NCBI GenBank assembly: GCA_964648765.1
Contig: CAZYLF010000002.1
Coordinates: forward strand, 144,684-208,683
Length of the DNA stretch: 64,000 nucleotides
Reading direction: 5' to 3'
Source: an uncultured Candidatus Saccharibacteria bacterium
GTDB taxonomy: Bacteria; Patescibacteriota; Minisyncoccia; Phycocordibacterales; JACOZG01
The notes below the pieces were generated by a model that was given only the letters and a program-made list of their open reading frames with translations, had not been told where the DNA came from and did not search any database. Each line of letters opens with the position of its first letter. Within the stretch, counting starts at the first letter, position 1. A program made the translations under genes and the position numbers. Shown in pieces: positions 37,620 through 47,850 of the stretch.

Positions 37620-38344
37620 TATTTTTTGTTTAATTTCTTTAGCAGTTGTTGGGCGATAAAAAAATCTAGCTCGTTATCTATGTCGTGAGCATGGTCAGCC
37701 GAAATAAGGTGGTGGCCCACAAAATCCCCCGTCTGATTTCTTTTATTCTTTATCACCCCCACTCTGGTGATTACAGGCAAACTCTCTCTATTATACGCTA
37801 TTTCATAAGCCTGCCTGTTGGAAGGCGCCACATCTCTAGCTTGATTGGTAACATAACACAAGACCCCCTGTTTTTCAGACAATTTTACCATTTTTCTCGG
37901 ATGGCCTTTAGCGGGAGAAATTAAAACCACCGAATCTAGATGCTGATTTTTTAAAATTAATTCAATCCCCCGATCCACATCCTGAGCTAAAACTAATGGA
38001 GTGGTCGGGCAAAGATATACAACTAGATCCGGTACATACGATTCCTCCCTCTCTAACCAAACCAGCGCATGCTCAATAAATTCAAAAACCGTTGAATGAT
38101 CGGTTGATATAGTTAGCGGTTGTATAAAAGGTGTTTCAATACTATATCTGTTAGCCAGCCTAGCATAATCCGGGGAATCTGTTGATAAAATATACCTATT
38201 AATATACTTGGACTTTTTGGCTATCTCCGCTGGCCAAACCAGCAGCGGTTTACCGCCCAACTTCTTAACATTTTTATGGGATAAACCTTTTGAGCCAGAT
38301 CGCGCCCCACTAATACCTAGGATTTTAAGCTTCTTTTGTGACAT
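37619..38344 (-). CDS. second acylneuraminate cytidylyltransferase-family protein
   Basis: GARSGSKGLSHKN, STDS, CPTTPL, DIDNELDF motifs. Confidence 0.85.
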   Translation of the reverse strand: MSQKKLKILGISGARSGSKGLSHKNVKKLGGKPLLVWPAEIAKKSKYINRYILSTDSPDYARLANRYSIETPFIQPLTISTDHSTVFEFIEHALVWLEREESYVPDLVVYLCPTTPLVLAQDVDRGIELILKNQHLDSVVLISPAKGHPRKMVKLSEKQGVLCYVTNQARDVAPSNRQAYEIAYNRESLPVITRVGVIKNKRNQTGDFVGHHLISADHAHDIDNELDFFIAQQLLKKLNKK

Positions 38345-38418
38345 GTTATTTAATATTTAGAGCTTACCTTAAAATACAGTACGGGACAACATTTAAGAAA
38401 TTTTGACTATGCAGAAGA

Positions 38419-39756
38419 CTATTCTATCATCAGCTCCATTTGGCCTAAGATCCGAGTGGCTGTTTGGCCATCGACTGGACCCGCCAGACTTTCCACCAAC
38501 TTGGCTCGTCCTTCTTTTTTATAATCACGGTTAGTTAGGTACATTTTTACCGCCCCCACCAACTCTTGCTCGGTTGAAACTAATGATACCCCGCCACTAG
38601 CTACCACATCTACTAGATGTTTGTTTTCTCTGAAGGCAACCCTCAAGTCCTCTTCCCACCTTACAGGTATACCATTAAATCCGAGGGAGATTACCGGCGT
38701 GTCTAAGATGGCCCCCTCTAAAGCAATTGATGAACCAAAATTCATAATCAAAGCTGAATGCCTAATCAAGTTAGCCAACACCTTCATTTCATCTATTTTA
38801 AAATTCATATTTCTCCCCAACCACAAAATTGGCACGTTTTTTAAGTCATCAACAAACTTTATTCTTTTCTCATCAATCGGATGAACACTTGCCACCAAGC
38901 CCAGCTCGGGAAAGGCAGTTTTAACCACCATTAAGTGGTAACCATGATCAGTCTGCTCGAGGATTTGAGTGAATGGTGGACCACTAAAGTAAGTTAGCCA
39001 TGGCCTGGCTGGATCAAGGCCAACTAACGTAGCAACTTCTTCCCGACTAATAAACCAATCCGGGCTGCGATGGCAGCTCCACTGCAAAAAACCAACAACC
39101 TTGATTTTATCACGTGGGTAGTCGTCTAAGACCGAAGCCTCTTCGACCATAGTTGGATTTTGAACCAACAAAAAATCAGGGTGCACAATTAAAAATAGTT
39201 TTGAAGATAAATTATCCCAACTTTTAGTCATACCTAACGTTTTAACTCCATGTCTTTTGGCTGCCTTCAACAAGGAAATATCTTCCCTGTCCAATAGAGA
39301 TGGAGTAAACACCAGGTTTGGTTGGTATTTTTTTAAATAATCTTTCCAAACAACGTCTTCTCTGAGAAAACAATACTCAAACCAGCGGAGAAAACTCCGC
39401 CAAATCTTAAAGCCACCCAAAAACCAAGCTATTCTTTTGGCGCAAAAATTTAATAGTGACCCACCTCTTAGATATGGGTACTTTTGCCGACTTTTTATCG
39501 TAACAGTGTGAATCGAATCATGAACAAATATTTGCCACAAGTATGCCCAACTAGGCATGTGACTTAAACAATTAGGTAATGACTCAAAAAAAATATTTTC
39601 TGCTGACATTTCACCGGATAACTGACTTAACCGTTGCTGCGAAACAAAAATGATAAATTTGAGCTCTTTTTTTTCTTTAAGTTTAGTGTAGAAATCACTT
39701 CGTAAAAGATTTCTAATTTCCATATTGGTCGGACAGTTAATAAAAATGGTTTTCAT
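38419..39756 (-). CDS. GT-B fold protein, paralog of 32128-33489
   Basis: MKTIFI start; SWDNLSS, SVHP, GSSIALEG motifs. Confidence 0.6.
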   Translation of the reverse strand: MKTIFINCPTNMEIRNLLRSDFYTKLKEKKELKFIIFVSQQRLSQLSGEMSAENIFFESLPNCLSHMPSWAYLWQIFVHDSIHTVTIKSRQKYPYLRGGSLLNFCAKRIAWFLGGFKIWRSFLRWFEYCFLREDVVWKDYLKKYQPNLVFTPSLLDREDISLLKAAKRHGVKTLGMTKSWDNLSSKLFLIVHPDFLLVQNPTMVEEASVLDDYPRDKIKVVGFLQWSCHRSPDWFISREEVATLVGLDPARPWLTYFSGPPFTQILEQTDHGYHLMVVKTAFPELGLVASVHPIDEKRIKFVDDLKNVPILWLGRNMNFKIDEMKVLANLIRHSALIMNFGSSIALEGAILDTPVISLGFNGIPVRWEEDLRVAFRENKHLVDVVASGGVSLVSTEQELVGAVKMYLTNRDYKKEGRAKLVESLAGPVDGQTATRILGQMELMIE

Positions 39757-39808
39757 GTCGGCACGCGAAAAGTGTAAATTCTTCACCTAAATATGCTATA
39801 TTTTGAAA

Positions 39809-40990
39809 ATGAAAGCAAACAAGAACACCCAAATTAAAACCACCTGGCTCAACAATACAAAACAGACCTTAAATACAGGCTTGATTGAGACGTCTATCAG
39901 GCAACCTATGGCAGAAGAGATTTTGGTCGAGATGGTATATGTACCCGTCCACGGTAGTTTTTGGCTAGCTACCAATCCCCAAATGACCCACCCCAGAATA
40001 AAAGAATTTATGGAAAATGATGGCTTTGTGTTTGGCAACGGTGGGGTGGGTAAGGTCTTGGCTGTAGGTGAAAATATCCAAGACACCCTGGTTGGCGATT
40101 TTGTGGCCATTTTCGGTCACACACCCTGTAAGCATCAGGACTGTGGGGCCTGCTATGCTAGACATCGATATGTTGAATGTGATTACGGTGAGGGTAAAAT
40201 AATTGGCCACGGTAAACAGTCTGGTGATGGTACTTATGCCAGATTCGCAACTCTACCTAAGTATTCATACGAAGTCTGTTCAAAAAAAGATGACCCCATC
40301 AATGATAAAACTTTAAAAGCTCTAATGTATAGCTTTCTGCTGGCAGACGTGAGGAACGCCTTAACGAGAAATGACAATGCCCTAAACCACGACACCGTGA
40401 TTATTTTTGGTGCGGGGCAGTCTGGCTTATTGGCAATTCATTTAATTTTAAAAACCAACGATCGATCTAAAATTTTACTGATCGACATAGATCAGAGTCG
40501 ACTAGAACACGCTCAAAAAATAGATAATCAAAGAATCTTTACCTACCACTTAAACCAAAAAAACGAACAAACGGAAAACATAAACCTCATCGCCAAACAA
40601 ATCGAAAAAGTCTTTAGCGGGAAAAAAGCGGGTTTAATTTTTGACGCCTCATCTGGTAACTCGGCCCCGCTCTGGGCTAATACCAAAATCCTTGGGCCAA
40701 ATTGCTTAGTAATAGTTTTTGGTTTTGGTTCACTTGGCGCGACGCTAGATAATAGAGTTTTCCAACTATCTGGTTTAGAAATATTAATGAGTCGAGGTGT
40801 AGGTAATCTGGAGAATCGAAAAGAGGTGGTCCGCTTGATCAAAAGCAACAGCGACGAGTTTATAAATAGAAACCTAACAGAAAAATCAATCGAACTCGTT
40901 AACCTTAAAGCGGCAATGGATTTTATTAGCCGCTACCAGGGCGAGGAAGGCGTAATTCCTCAAGCCTATATTAAGTTTGACACTCATTGA
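39809..40990 (+). CDS. medium-chain (Zn-binding) dehydrogenase-like protein
   Basis: Cys cluster CKHQDCGAC..EC; GAGQSG Rossmann motif; DASSG. Confidence 0.7.
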   Translation: MKANKNTQIKTTWLNNTKQTLNTGLIETSIRQPMAEEILVEMVYVPVHGSFWLATNPQMTHPRIKEFMENDGFVFGNGGVGKVLAVGENIQDTLVGDFVAIFGHTPCKHQDCGACYARHRYVECDYGEGKIIGHGKQSGDGTYARFATLPKYSYEVCSKKDDPINDKTLKALMYSFLLADVRNALTRNDNALNHDTVIIFGAGQSGLLAIHLILKTNDRSKILLIDIDQSRLEHAQKIDNQRIFTYHLNQKNEQTENINLIAKQIEKVFSGKKAGLIFDASSGNSAPLWANTKILGPNCLVIVFGFGSLGATLDNRVFQLSGLEILMSRGVGNLENRKEVVRLIKSNSDEFINRNLTEKSIELVNLKAAMDFISRYQGEEGVIPQAYIKFDTH

Positions 40991-40991
40991 T

Positions 40992-41849
40992 ATGAAAATT
41001 GAAATCGCCCTACTCCTATATAATCGACCAGAACACAGCCAGAAGGTAATTGAAAGTCTGGTGGCTAATGGTGTATCTGAATTTAGAGCTTTTTTAGATT
41101 ATCCCGCCAATCCTGAGGTCAAGAACAACCAGCAAAAAATTCTCGCTTATCTAAACTCTCAAGATAAAATAAAAATTAATTTATATCAACACGAGACAAA
41201 ACAAGGTTTAGCTAAATCAGTGAAGTTCGCAATGAACCACACCTTTAAGGATGCGGATGCGGTAATTTTACTAGAGGATGACTGTGTAGTTCGACCCGGA
41301 GGCGTTTCATTTTTTAGAGAGGGTCTGGAAAAATTCCGAGATAACAAAAATATCCGCAGTATTTGCGGCTACTTGTTCCCCGCACCCTTCATGAAGAAAA
41401 GTGAGGAATTACTACTGCTGAGCCGTTTTTGCACGTGGGGGTGGGCAACCTGGAAAAAAGAATGGTTAGACTATAATCACGATTTGAAAGAACTAGTAGA
41501 TAAATTTAAAAAGAACAACACCCGAATAGAAGATTTTGCGATAGACATTGCCCAGTTAACAAAATCAAAAACTTACCTTGAAAACAAAGTGGATATTTGG
41601 AGCATAAATTGGATCTTACAGCACTACATTACTGGCACACTTTGTCTCTACCCAACCGAATCGGTTATCGAAAATATTGGGTTTGACGGTTCAGGCAAAA
41701 ACTCCGAAATTACCCCTAATTTCAATTTGGCAAATTCCAAATCACAAAATATTCATGACTGGGACAACATCTCTTATTACGTTTATAATGAAGAGGTCTT
41801 AAAACAGTTTATGAAAGAGAATGGCTTAAAAACTTATCCATACCTCTAG
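40992..41849 (+). CDS. GT-A fold glycosyltransferase-like protein
   Basis: YNRPEH, ILLEDDC, TWGWATW, NIGFDGSG motifs. Confidence 0.78.
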   Translation: MKIEIALLLYNRPEHSQKVIESLVANGVSEFRAFLDYPANPEVKNNQQKILAYLNSQDKIKINLYQHETKQGLAKSVKFAMNHTFKDADAVILLEDDCVVRPGGVSFFREGLEKFRDNKNIRSICGYLFPAPFMKKSEELLLLSRFCTWGWATWKKEWLDYNHDLKELVDKFKKNNTRIEDFAIDIAQLTKSKTYLENKVDIWSINWILQHYITGTLCLYPTESVIENIGFDGSGKNSEITPNFNLANSKSQNIHDWDNISYYVYNEEVLKQFMKENGLKTYPYL

Positions 41850-41853
41850 AACG

Positions 41854-43140
41854 ATGAAAATTAAAGAAATTATTGTCACCCCAATTGCCATAGATGACCC
41901 ACCCCTACTAAACGCCTCGGGTCTACACGCTCCCTACGCACTAAGAATTGTGGTAGAAATAGTCGAGGAAAGTGGGCTAACGGGCATCAGTGAGGTACCT
42001 GGTGACCACGATACCCTTAGGGTGTTAAACGGGCTTAAAAACTTTATAAACGATATTGATGTATATGATTTAGACAATTTTAGATTTTGGCTCAAAACAA
42101 AATTTGGGTCATCGGAAACAGAACATAGGGGTTTGCAAACATGGGACAGAAGGGCCTTATCTCATGTGGAGGCCGCTATTGAGGTTGCCGCATATGATTT
42201 AATTGGCAAAAAACATAACAAAAAAGTCTGTGAGCTACTTGGCGGACAAAAGAGACCCAATGTCCCCTTTGCTGGCTATTTATTTTTTAAATATGAAGGA
42301 GCAGGTGGTGATTTAGGATTTAAAACAAACCCAAATAGTACTGGCTGGGCTCTGGAGAGGCAGCAAGAAGTGTTAACCCCGGAAGCCATTGTGAGACAAG
42401 CTAAGTGCATGGTGGAGACGTTTGGTTTTAAAGCTCTAAAATTAAAGGGGGGTATTTTAGAACCCAGGCTGGAGGTAGACTCCGTATTAGCTCTCCACCA
42501 AGAATTTGGCAAAACAATGCCACTTAGAATGGACCCGAATGCAGTGTGGTGTTATGACACCGCCCTTAAGTTTGGTAAAGAAATGAAGGGAGTAGTAGAG
42601 TATCTAGAAGACCCCGTCAGAGACCAAAGCGAAATGGCTAGACTGAGGAAAGAGTTACAAATTCCACTAGCGACTAACATGGCCACGACGTCATTTTCTG
42701 ATTTAAATAAAAGTCTAGAGTACAATTCAGAGGATATTATTTTGTTAGACCATCATTTTTGGGGAGGTTTTACTCCCTCACTTAAAATGGCTGATCTAGC
42801 AAATGGACTAGGTAGAGGAATTTCCACCCACTCCAACTCTCATTCCGGAATCTCCATGGCCGCAATGGTTCATTTTGGGGCTGTCCTCCCCCACCTTTCT
42901 TCTTCCCTTGACACTCATTACCCATGGCAAGCAGATGATATTATCTCAGGAGGGAAAATTGAAATAAAGGGAGGCTCTATAGAGATTCCTCGTGGACCAG
43001 GCCTCGGCATAGAACTAGACCGCGAAAAACTAAAACTTGCCCACGAAAAATACCTAGCATCAGGCCTGACGACCAGAAACGATGAAGTCGAGATGCAAAA
43101 GGTAAATCCCGAGTGGAGATTTAGACCGATAAGATACTAA
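41854..43140 (+). CDS. glucarate dehydratase-family enolase-superfamily protein
   Basis: DPPLLNASGLHAP, KLKGG, DPN, YLEDP, ATNM, HSNSH, DTHYPW motifs. Confidence 0.88.
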   Translation: MKIKEIIVTPIAIDDPPLLNASGLHAPYALRIVVEIVEESGLTGISEVPGDHDTLRVLNGLKNFINDIDVYDLDNFRFWLKTKFGSSETEHRGLQTWDRRALSHVEAAIEVAAYDLIGKKHNKKVCELLGGQKRPNVPFAGYLFFKYEGAGGDLGFKTNPNSTGWALERQQEVLTPEAIVRQAKCMVETFGFKALKLKGGILEPRLEVDSVLALHQEFGKTMPLRMDPNAVWCYDTALKFGKEMKGVVEYLEDPVRDQSEMARLRKELQIPLATNMATTSFSDLNKSLEYNSEDIILLDHHFWGGFTPSLKMADLANGLGRGISTHSNSHSGISMAAMVHFGAVLPHLSSSLDTHYPWQADDIISGGKIEIKGGSIEIPRGPGLGIELDREKLKLAHEKYLASGLTTRNDEVEMQKVNPEWRFRPIRY

Positions 43141-43772
43141 AAATACGAATCTTCACTCTTAAAAAACTTTTTAATTTTTTCCTTTGCTTTTCTTAAAAAA
43201 TGGAGTGAAATAAAACTTGTTTCATTTAAATAATTTAAATGAAATTTATGACCGTCAAACTCAAGCTCAGAAATCGAGACTTCATCTAAATGAGGGTAAT
43301 CATTAAGATTGAATAAGTTAACCAGAGCACACTGCATTACTAGGGCGTGAGTGACAACCAGCGGGCGTTTTGAGTCACGAGTGCTCAGTTGATTTAAAAA
43401 TTCAATAAATCTTTTAGCTGCCTCATTAAATGACTCCCCATCAGCTGGAGATAAGTCTTTATTTAACCTCGCACGTCGTTTAGCTTCTTTGAAGGCAACA
43501 CCAGTCACGGATCTGGAAGGTGCATATTCGACTACTCGATCATCAAAATTTATTGATAGACCCAGGGTCCTCGCTACAATCTCAGCCGTTTCTTTAGACC
43601 GAGCCAAGGGACTAGAATAAACAATATCAGGCTTTATTTTTTGTTTAAGGTAATTTGCAGCGGCCTGTGCCCTCTTTTTGCCAGTGTCAGACAAACCAAC
43701 CTTAGCCCCCGCCTCATATACTAAGCCCTCACGAGACCGACTCTGGGCATGCCTCATTAAATAAATTTTCAT
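43137..43772 (-). CDS. histidine phosphatase family protein
   Basis: LMRHAQ, YSSPLARSKETA, GES, VVTHA motifs. Confidence 0.88.
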   Translation of the reverse strand: MKIYLMRHAQSRSREGLVYEAGAKVGLSDTGKKRAQAAANYLKQKIKPDIVYSSPLARSKETAEIVARTLGLSINFDDRVVEYAPSRSVTGVAFKEAKRRARLNKDLSPADGESFNEAAKRFIEFLNQLSTRDSKRPLVVTHALVMQCALVNLFNLNDYPHLDEVSISELEFDGHKFHLNYLNETSFISLHFLRKAKEKIKKFFKSEDSYF

Positions 43773-43869
43773 TTTAGTTAGTATAGTCTACCTACTAGTA
43801 TACTTAAGATCCACTGCCTATGCACTCCCTATCTTAATAATCAATTATAAAGTAAAATCATAACAAAAT

Positions 43870-45261
43870 ATGAAACACCTATCGACAATTACCAAAATAA
43901 TCATTCTTTCTTATATCCTCAGAATGTCCTTGGCCATGCTTACTTTATCTTATTTTGGGGAGGAGCCAATCTTTAGCAATGATTCAAAAAATTTTTTGAC
44001 AACTGGTCAAAACCTTACATTAGGCCGGGGTTTTACTAAAGATACTAGCCCGCCGTTCTCCCCAGAGGCACATTTTCCCCCGATATATCCATTATTAATA
44101 GCTGGGTCAATCAAATTATCTGGTGGCGTCATCCCACTAGTAGCTTTTCAAATTATTTTATCATCGCTAATTCCACTTTTAATTTGGGAAATCACTGGCT
44201 TCTTAACCAGCTCAAAAAGAGTGCGCATCTTCGCCTCAATTTTGTCTGCAGTTGAACCTCTAACGATAATTTTTAGTGTAATGATACTGACCGAAGTGAT
44301 CTCAGTTTTTTTTATTCTTCTTTCAATTTTACTGTTTTTAAAATTTATCTACCACCACAAAAACCAACACATCATACTTTCGGGAGTCACGTTGGGTATT
44401 TCAGTCCTTACTAGACCACACGGTCAATTCTTAGTTATTTTGGCACTTCTTTTTTTACTTACAACCGCGATCATCAACAAAGCCACCCGAAAAAAAACAC
44501 TGCTTGGCTTGGCTTCCTTTTTACTCTTTTATGTTGCAACAATTTCCCCTTGGCTCATGAGAAACCATAGACAGTTTGATAGTTATAGTATTTCCACTAC
44601 TGGACTGCGGAACGTGTACACATCCATAGTTCCCGCCGTAATTTCTCTTCGAGACGGTACTGAATTCGACGAGGCTCAGTCAATTGCCTACGCAAACCTA
44701 GAAAAAAAATACGGCTACACAAGAAAAGATATTTTGGAGAGGCCAGAATTAGGGAAAATTTTAGTTAAAGAAGGACTTGAAACGGTTAGATCGAACATAA
44801 AAGTAACTTCCCAAGTTTTTCTCATCGCCATTAATGCATTTTTTACCCAGGACCTATACTATAGTTATGGTGTAAGATTTCACTTAATACCTCGCTTCAC
44901 GACGGGCTTCTCACCTTCAGTTATTTTATTAAAGGAGGGGCCAATAGCATTGTACAATACAATCAAAGGGAGTGTAGGATGGTACGGACTTATTCCTTTG
45001 GCGGGTAGAATATTTTGGATTTCAATAAATTTATTAATGCTAATCGGTTTCTTAGTGGGGGTAAGAAAAAAGGAAACAAGGTTCATGACAATCTTCTTAT
45101 TAATTATCATCTTATACTACGCCGGTACGTCAAGTATCGCTGCCTTTAGTGATCATGGGCGCTTCAGACTGCCAGCATCGGGTTTTATGTATGCCCTAGC
45201 TGGTTTGGGTTTTTGGAGTTTAGCAGATAAACTAGGATTAAAATTAAGAACAAAAGTATGA
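43870..45261 (+). CDS. GT-C (ArnT/PMT-like) membrane glycosyltransferase
   Basis: Multi-TM; PPIYP, LTE, LTRP, PWLMRN, RFRLP motifs. Confidence 0.8.
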   Translation: MKHLSTITKIIILSYILRMSLAMLTLSYFGEEPIFSNDSKNFLTTGQNLTLGRGFTKDTSPPFSPEAHFPPIYPLLIAGSIKLSGGVIPLVAFQIILSSLIPLLIWEITGFLTSSKRVRIFASILSAVEPLTIIFSVMILTEVISVFFILLSILLFLKFIYHHKNQHIILSGVTLGISVLTRPHGQFLVILALLFLLTTAIINKATRKKTLLGLASFLLFYVATISPWLMRNHRQFDSYSISTTGLRNVYTSIVPAVISLRDGTEFDEAQSIAYANLEKKYGYTRKDILERPELGKILVKEGLETVRSNIKVTSQVFLIAINAFFTQDLYYSYGVRFHLIPRFTTGFSPSVILLKEGPIALYNTIKGSVGWYGLIPLAGRIFWISINLLMLIGFLVGVRKKETRFMTIFLLIIILYYAGTSSIAAFSDHGRFRLPASGFMYALAGLGFWSLADKLGLKLRTKV

Positions 45262-45929
45262 AAAAATTAACCTCATTTTTAAAGAAACTGCTTGGGGGGT
45301 TTGGTCTTTCTATTAGTCATTCTCATCAGATACAATTAAACACGAGGCAGATGCGCTCGCTTTTATATTTGGGGGCAATGTTTAATCGTGTGCGCCACCT
45401 AAACGGAAGTATAGTTGAGTGTGGTGTGGGCAAGGGAAGGACACTCTTGTATTTTTCATTTCTCGCAGAAAATGAGGGGAAAAATCGTAAAGTCTGGGGT
45501 TTCGACTCCTTTCAAGGTTTTCCAGAACCGTCACCAAATGACGCGAGCCCCAGAAAAGCCAAAAAGGGAGAGTGGTCAGGAAACACACCGCACGACATTT
45601 ACACAATCTTATCTCGCGCTGGAATAGCAAGTCAGTACATTAAAAACAATATTAAACTTGTAAAGGGCTTCGTCGAAAATACACTTTCAGACTACGACAA
45701 CTCCCCGATCGCACTTCTCCACATTGACTTAGACCTGTATGAGGCCTACAAAGTAACATTGACAGAAATGTTTCCCAAAATTATTGATGGGGGTGTAGTA
45801 CTTTTTGACGAGTACAATGAACCGAAGTGGCCGGGTGCTAAAAAAGCCGTTGATGAATATTTCAAAGATTCTAAATATCAAATCCAAAAAGATGACTTTT
45901 CAGGAAAATATTTTGTAATTAAAAATTAG
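45258..45929 (+). CDS. TylF/MycF/NovP-family O-methyltransferase
   Basis: GSIVECGV, FDSFQGFP, LHIDLDLYE, FDEY motifs. Confidence 0.88.
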   Translation: MKKLTSFLKKLLGGFGLSISHSHQIQLNTRQMRSLLYLGAMFNRVRHLNGSIVECGVGKGRTLLYFSFLAENEGKNRKVWGFDSFQGFPEPSPNDASPRKAKKGEWSGNTPHDIYTILSRAGIASQYIKNNIKLVKGFVENTLSDYDNSPIALLHIDLDLYEAYKVTLTEMFPKIIDGGVVLFDEYNEPKWPGAKKAVDEYFKDSKYQIQKDDFSGKYFVIKN

Positions 45930-45940
45930 AAAACTACAAG

Positions 45941-46690
45941 TTAGTATTTAGGCCTCTTAAATGGATGACTCTTCATAAACCTGGCGACAATTTGTCTCAT
46001 GGTAGGCAGATCCTCCTTAGTAACAGGGCCGACAAAACCAAGCCTCCTAATATAATCATATCTAAACTTATCGCCAAATACTAAAAAGTAGACGAGCGCA
46101 GTACTAGTTCTGGTGTCTAATATTGCTCGCACTGGGCCAGACGACATTTCCACCACCTCAATTAAGTCAAAATTAAATACCAGTGGACTTAAGTGCGGCT
46201 TCATCATGTAGTCTGGGCCATCAACAAGAACGAAGTCATAATCATACTTTGGTATGTTTTCATAACCAACTCCCCGAAACATATCACGGGTTTTCTCTAC
46301 AGCCCTTCTTAAATGTATTTCCGCAAAATCAAGGTATTTATTTGGCAAAATACTCAAGAGATGCTTATGGTACATTTCATTCTCCTCAAGAGACACGACC
46401 TTACCTGGGTTCCCTTCTTTCGAGTTCTCTAATAACGCCTGAGATATCACCACAGTAGTGACTCCCGATCCGCACTCCAGTACAAACTTCGGTTTATACT
46501 TTTTAATACTTTCATACAAAATTAAATAATCACCAAACTCACATCCCGTGGAAACAGACTTAGCTAAGTAATCATTTAACTCCAACCATAAATCTGGGTA
46601 TTTTCTGATAATAGTATTTCTTGCCCGCTCTTCAAGTTTCAAGGCCACAAATCTACCAATCTTGCCCCTAATAGTACCTAAAATTGTCAT
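45941..46690 (-). CDS. putative class I methyltransferase
   Basis: VLECGSGVTT, SLEE, VLVDGP motifs. Confidence 0.7.
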   Translation of the reverse strand: MTILGTIRGKIGRFVALKLEERARNTIIRKYPDLWLELNDYLAKSVSTGCEFGDYLILYESIKKYKPKFVLECGSGVTTVVISQALLENSKEGNPGKVVSLEENEMYHKHLLSILPNKYLDFAEIHLRRAVEKTRDMFRGVGYENIPKYDYDFVLVDGPDYMMKPHLSPLVFNFDLIEVVEMSSGPVRAILDTRTSTALVYFLVFGDKFRYDYIRRLGFVGPVTKEDLPTMRQIVARFMKSHPFKRPKY

Positions 46691-46707
46691 TTGAATTTCA
46701 ATTTAAA

Positions 46708-47850
46708 TTACTTAGCCTTAAGTATAGCCCGAATGGACTCGATCCTCGACTCCCAACTGTTTTTGTAAGCCAGTTTTTTCGCCTGGATAATTTTTTTTTC
46801 ATCATAACCAGTCTCCAATATTTTATTAATCTTACTAGCCAAATCAAGAGGGTCATCGGGTTTAAAAAATATGGCCTCATTTTCAGAGATAATGTCACGT
46901 ATCGCCGGTATATCGGAAGCCACTAACGGTCTAGAGGAGGCTAAGTACTCGAACAGCTTTACCGGAGAAGTTTCCACTCTGGACTCCTCATATCGCGCAG
47001 TATTTGGTAAGACTAACACGTCGGCCGCCTTTTGCCATAACGGCATATCCTTATGTGGCTTACGGCCGACAACAACAACATTACTAAATTTCTGAGCTTC
47101 GACTTTAAATTTTTCAATGTCACCATCTGTCCCTCCAACAAAATACACATATGTATTTCTGGATAAATGATTAGCGCTGGCTAGTAGGGTATCAACACCC
47201 TTCCAATAGAACAAGCTGCCTGTATACAGAACAATGTTAATTTCTCCTGGCAACGAAAGCCTCTTTCGTGCCTCCTTCTTGGTAATGTCTAAATCAAACT
47301 TTCTAGCATCAACAGCATTGGGTTGCCATAAAACACGACGACTGGGTACGTCGTACTTTCTAATTATCATACTTGCTTTTAAAGAATTAGTTGAAATTAT
47401 TCCGGCTGTTCTATTAATAACTATTCTATTTATAAAATTAATTTTGCTCTCGTAAAAATCATGAATTTCGATAAAAAAATTCCTTTTAAGTAAGCTTAGC
47501 AAAAAAACATCTCTAAGATCGTGAGAGTAGTAAATACACTGACTGCTAAACATAGCTTTGGCAAAAACAACAATATTAAAAGTTAGAAGTAAAATAAAAA
47601 AACTCAATTTTCCTCCCATCCTTTCCATGGGATCAATAACGGGTAACTTGATTAATTTGAAATTTCTTTTTGTTTGGTGGTAATTAAAGGGGTCAGAATT
47701 AACATGATTACTATTTGACCGATTTGGTACCCACAGTTCCACCTCAAATCCCTGATCTGCAAACTCCTGACAAGTTCTCATTATTAATGGAGACATTGTC
47801 TTCTCAGATGGGAAACGCCAGTGTGAAATATAGATGAGTTTTTTATTCAT
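46708..47850 (-). CDS. GT4 glycosyltransferase
   Basis: YTGSL..WKG, SPVKLFEYLAS motifs. Confidence 0.88.
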   Translation of the reverse strand: MNKKLIYISHWRFPSEKTMSPLIMRTCQEFADQGFEVELWVPNRSNSNHVNSDPFNYHQTKRNFKLIKLPVIDPMERMGGKLSFFILLLTFNIVVFAKAMFSSQCIYYSHDLRDVFLLSLLKRNFFIEIHDFYESKINFINRIVINRTAGIISTNSLKASMIIRKYDVPSRRVLWQPNAVDARKFDLDITKKEARKRLSLPGEINIVLYTGSLFYWKGVDTLLASANHLSRNTYVYFVGGTDGDIEKFKVEAQKFSNVVVVGRKPHKDMPLWQKAADVLVLPNTARYEESRVETSPVKLFEYLASSRPLVASDIPAIRDIISENEAIFFKPDDPLDLASKINKILETGYDEKKIIQAKKLAYKNSWESRIESIRAILKAK

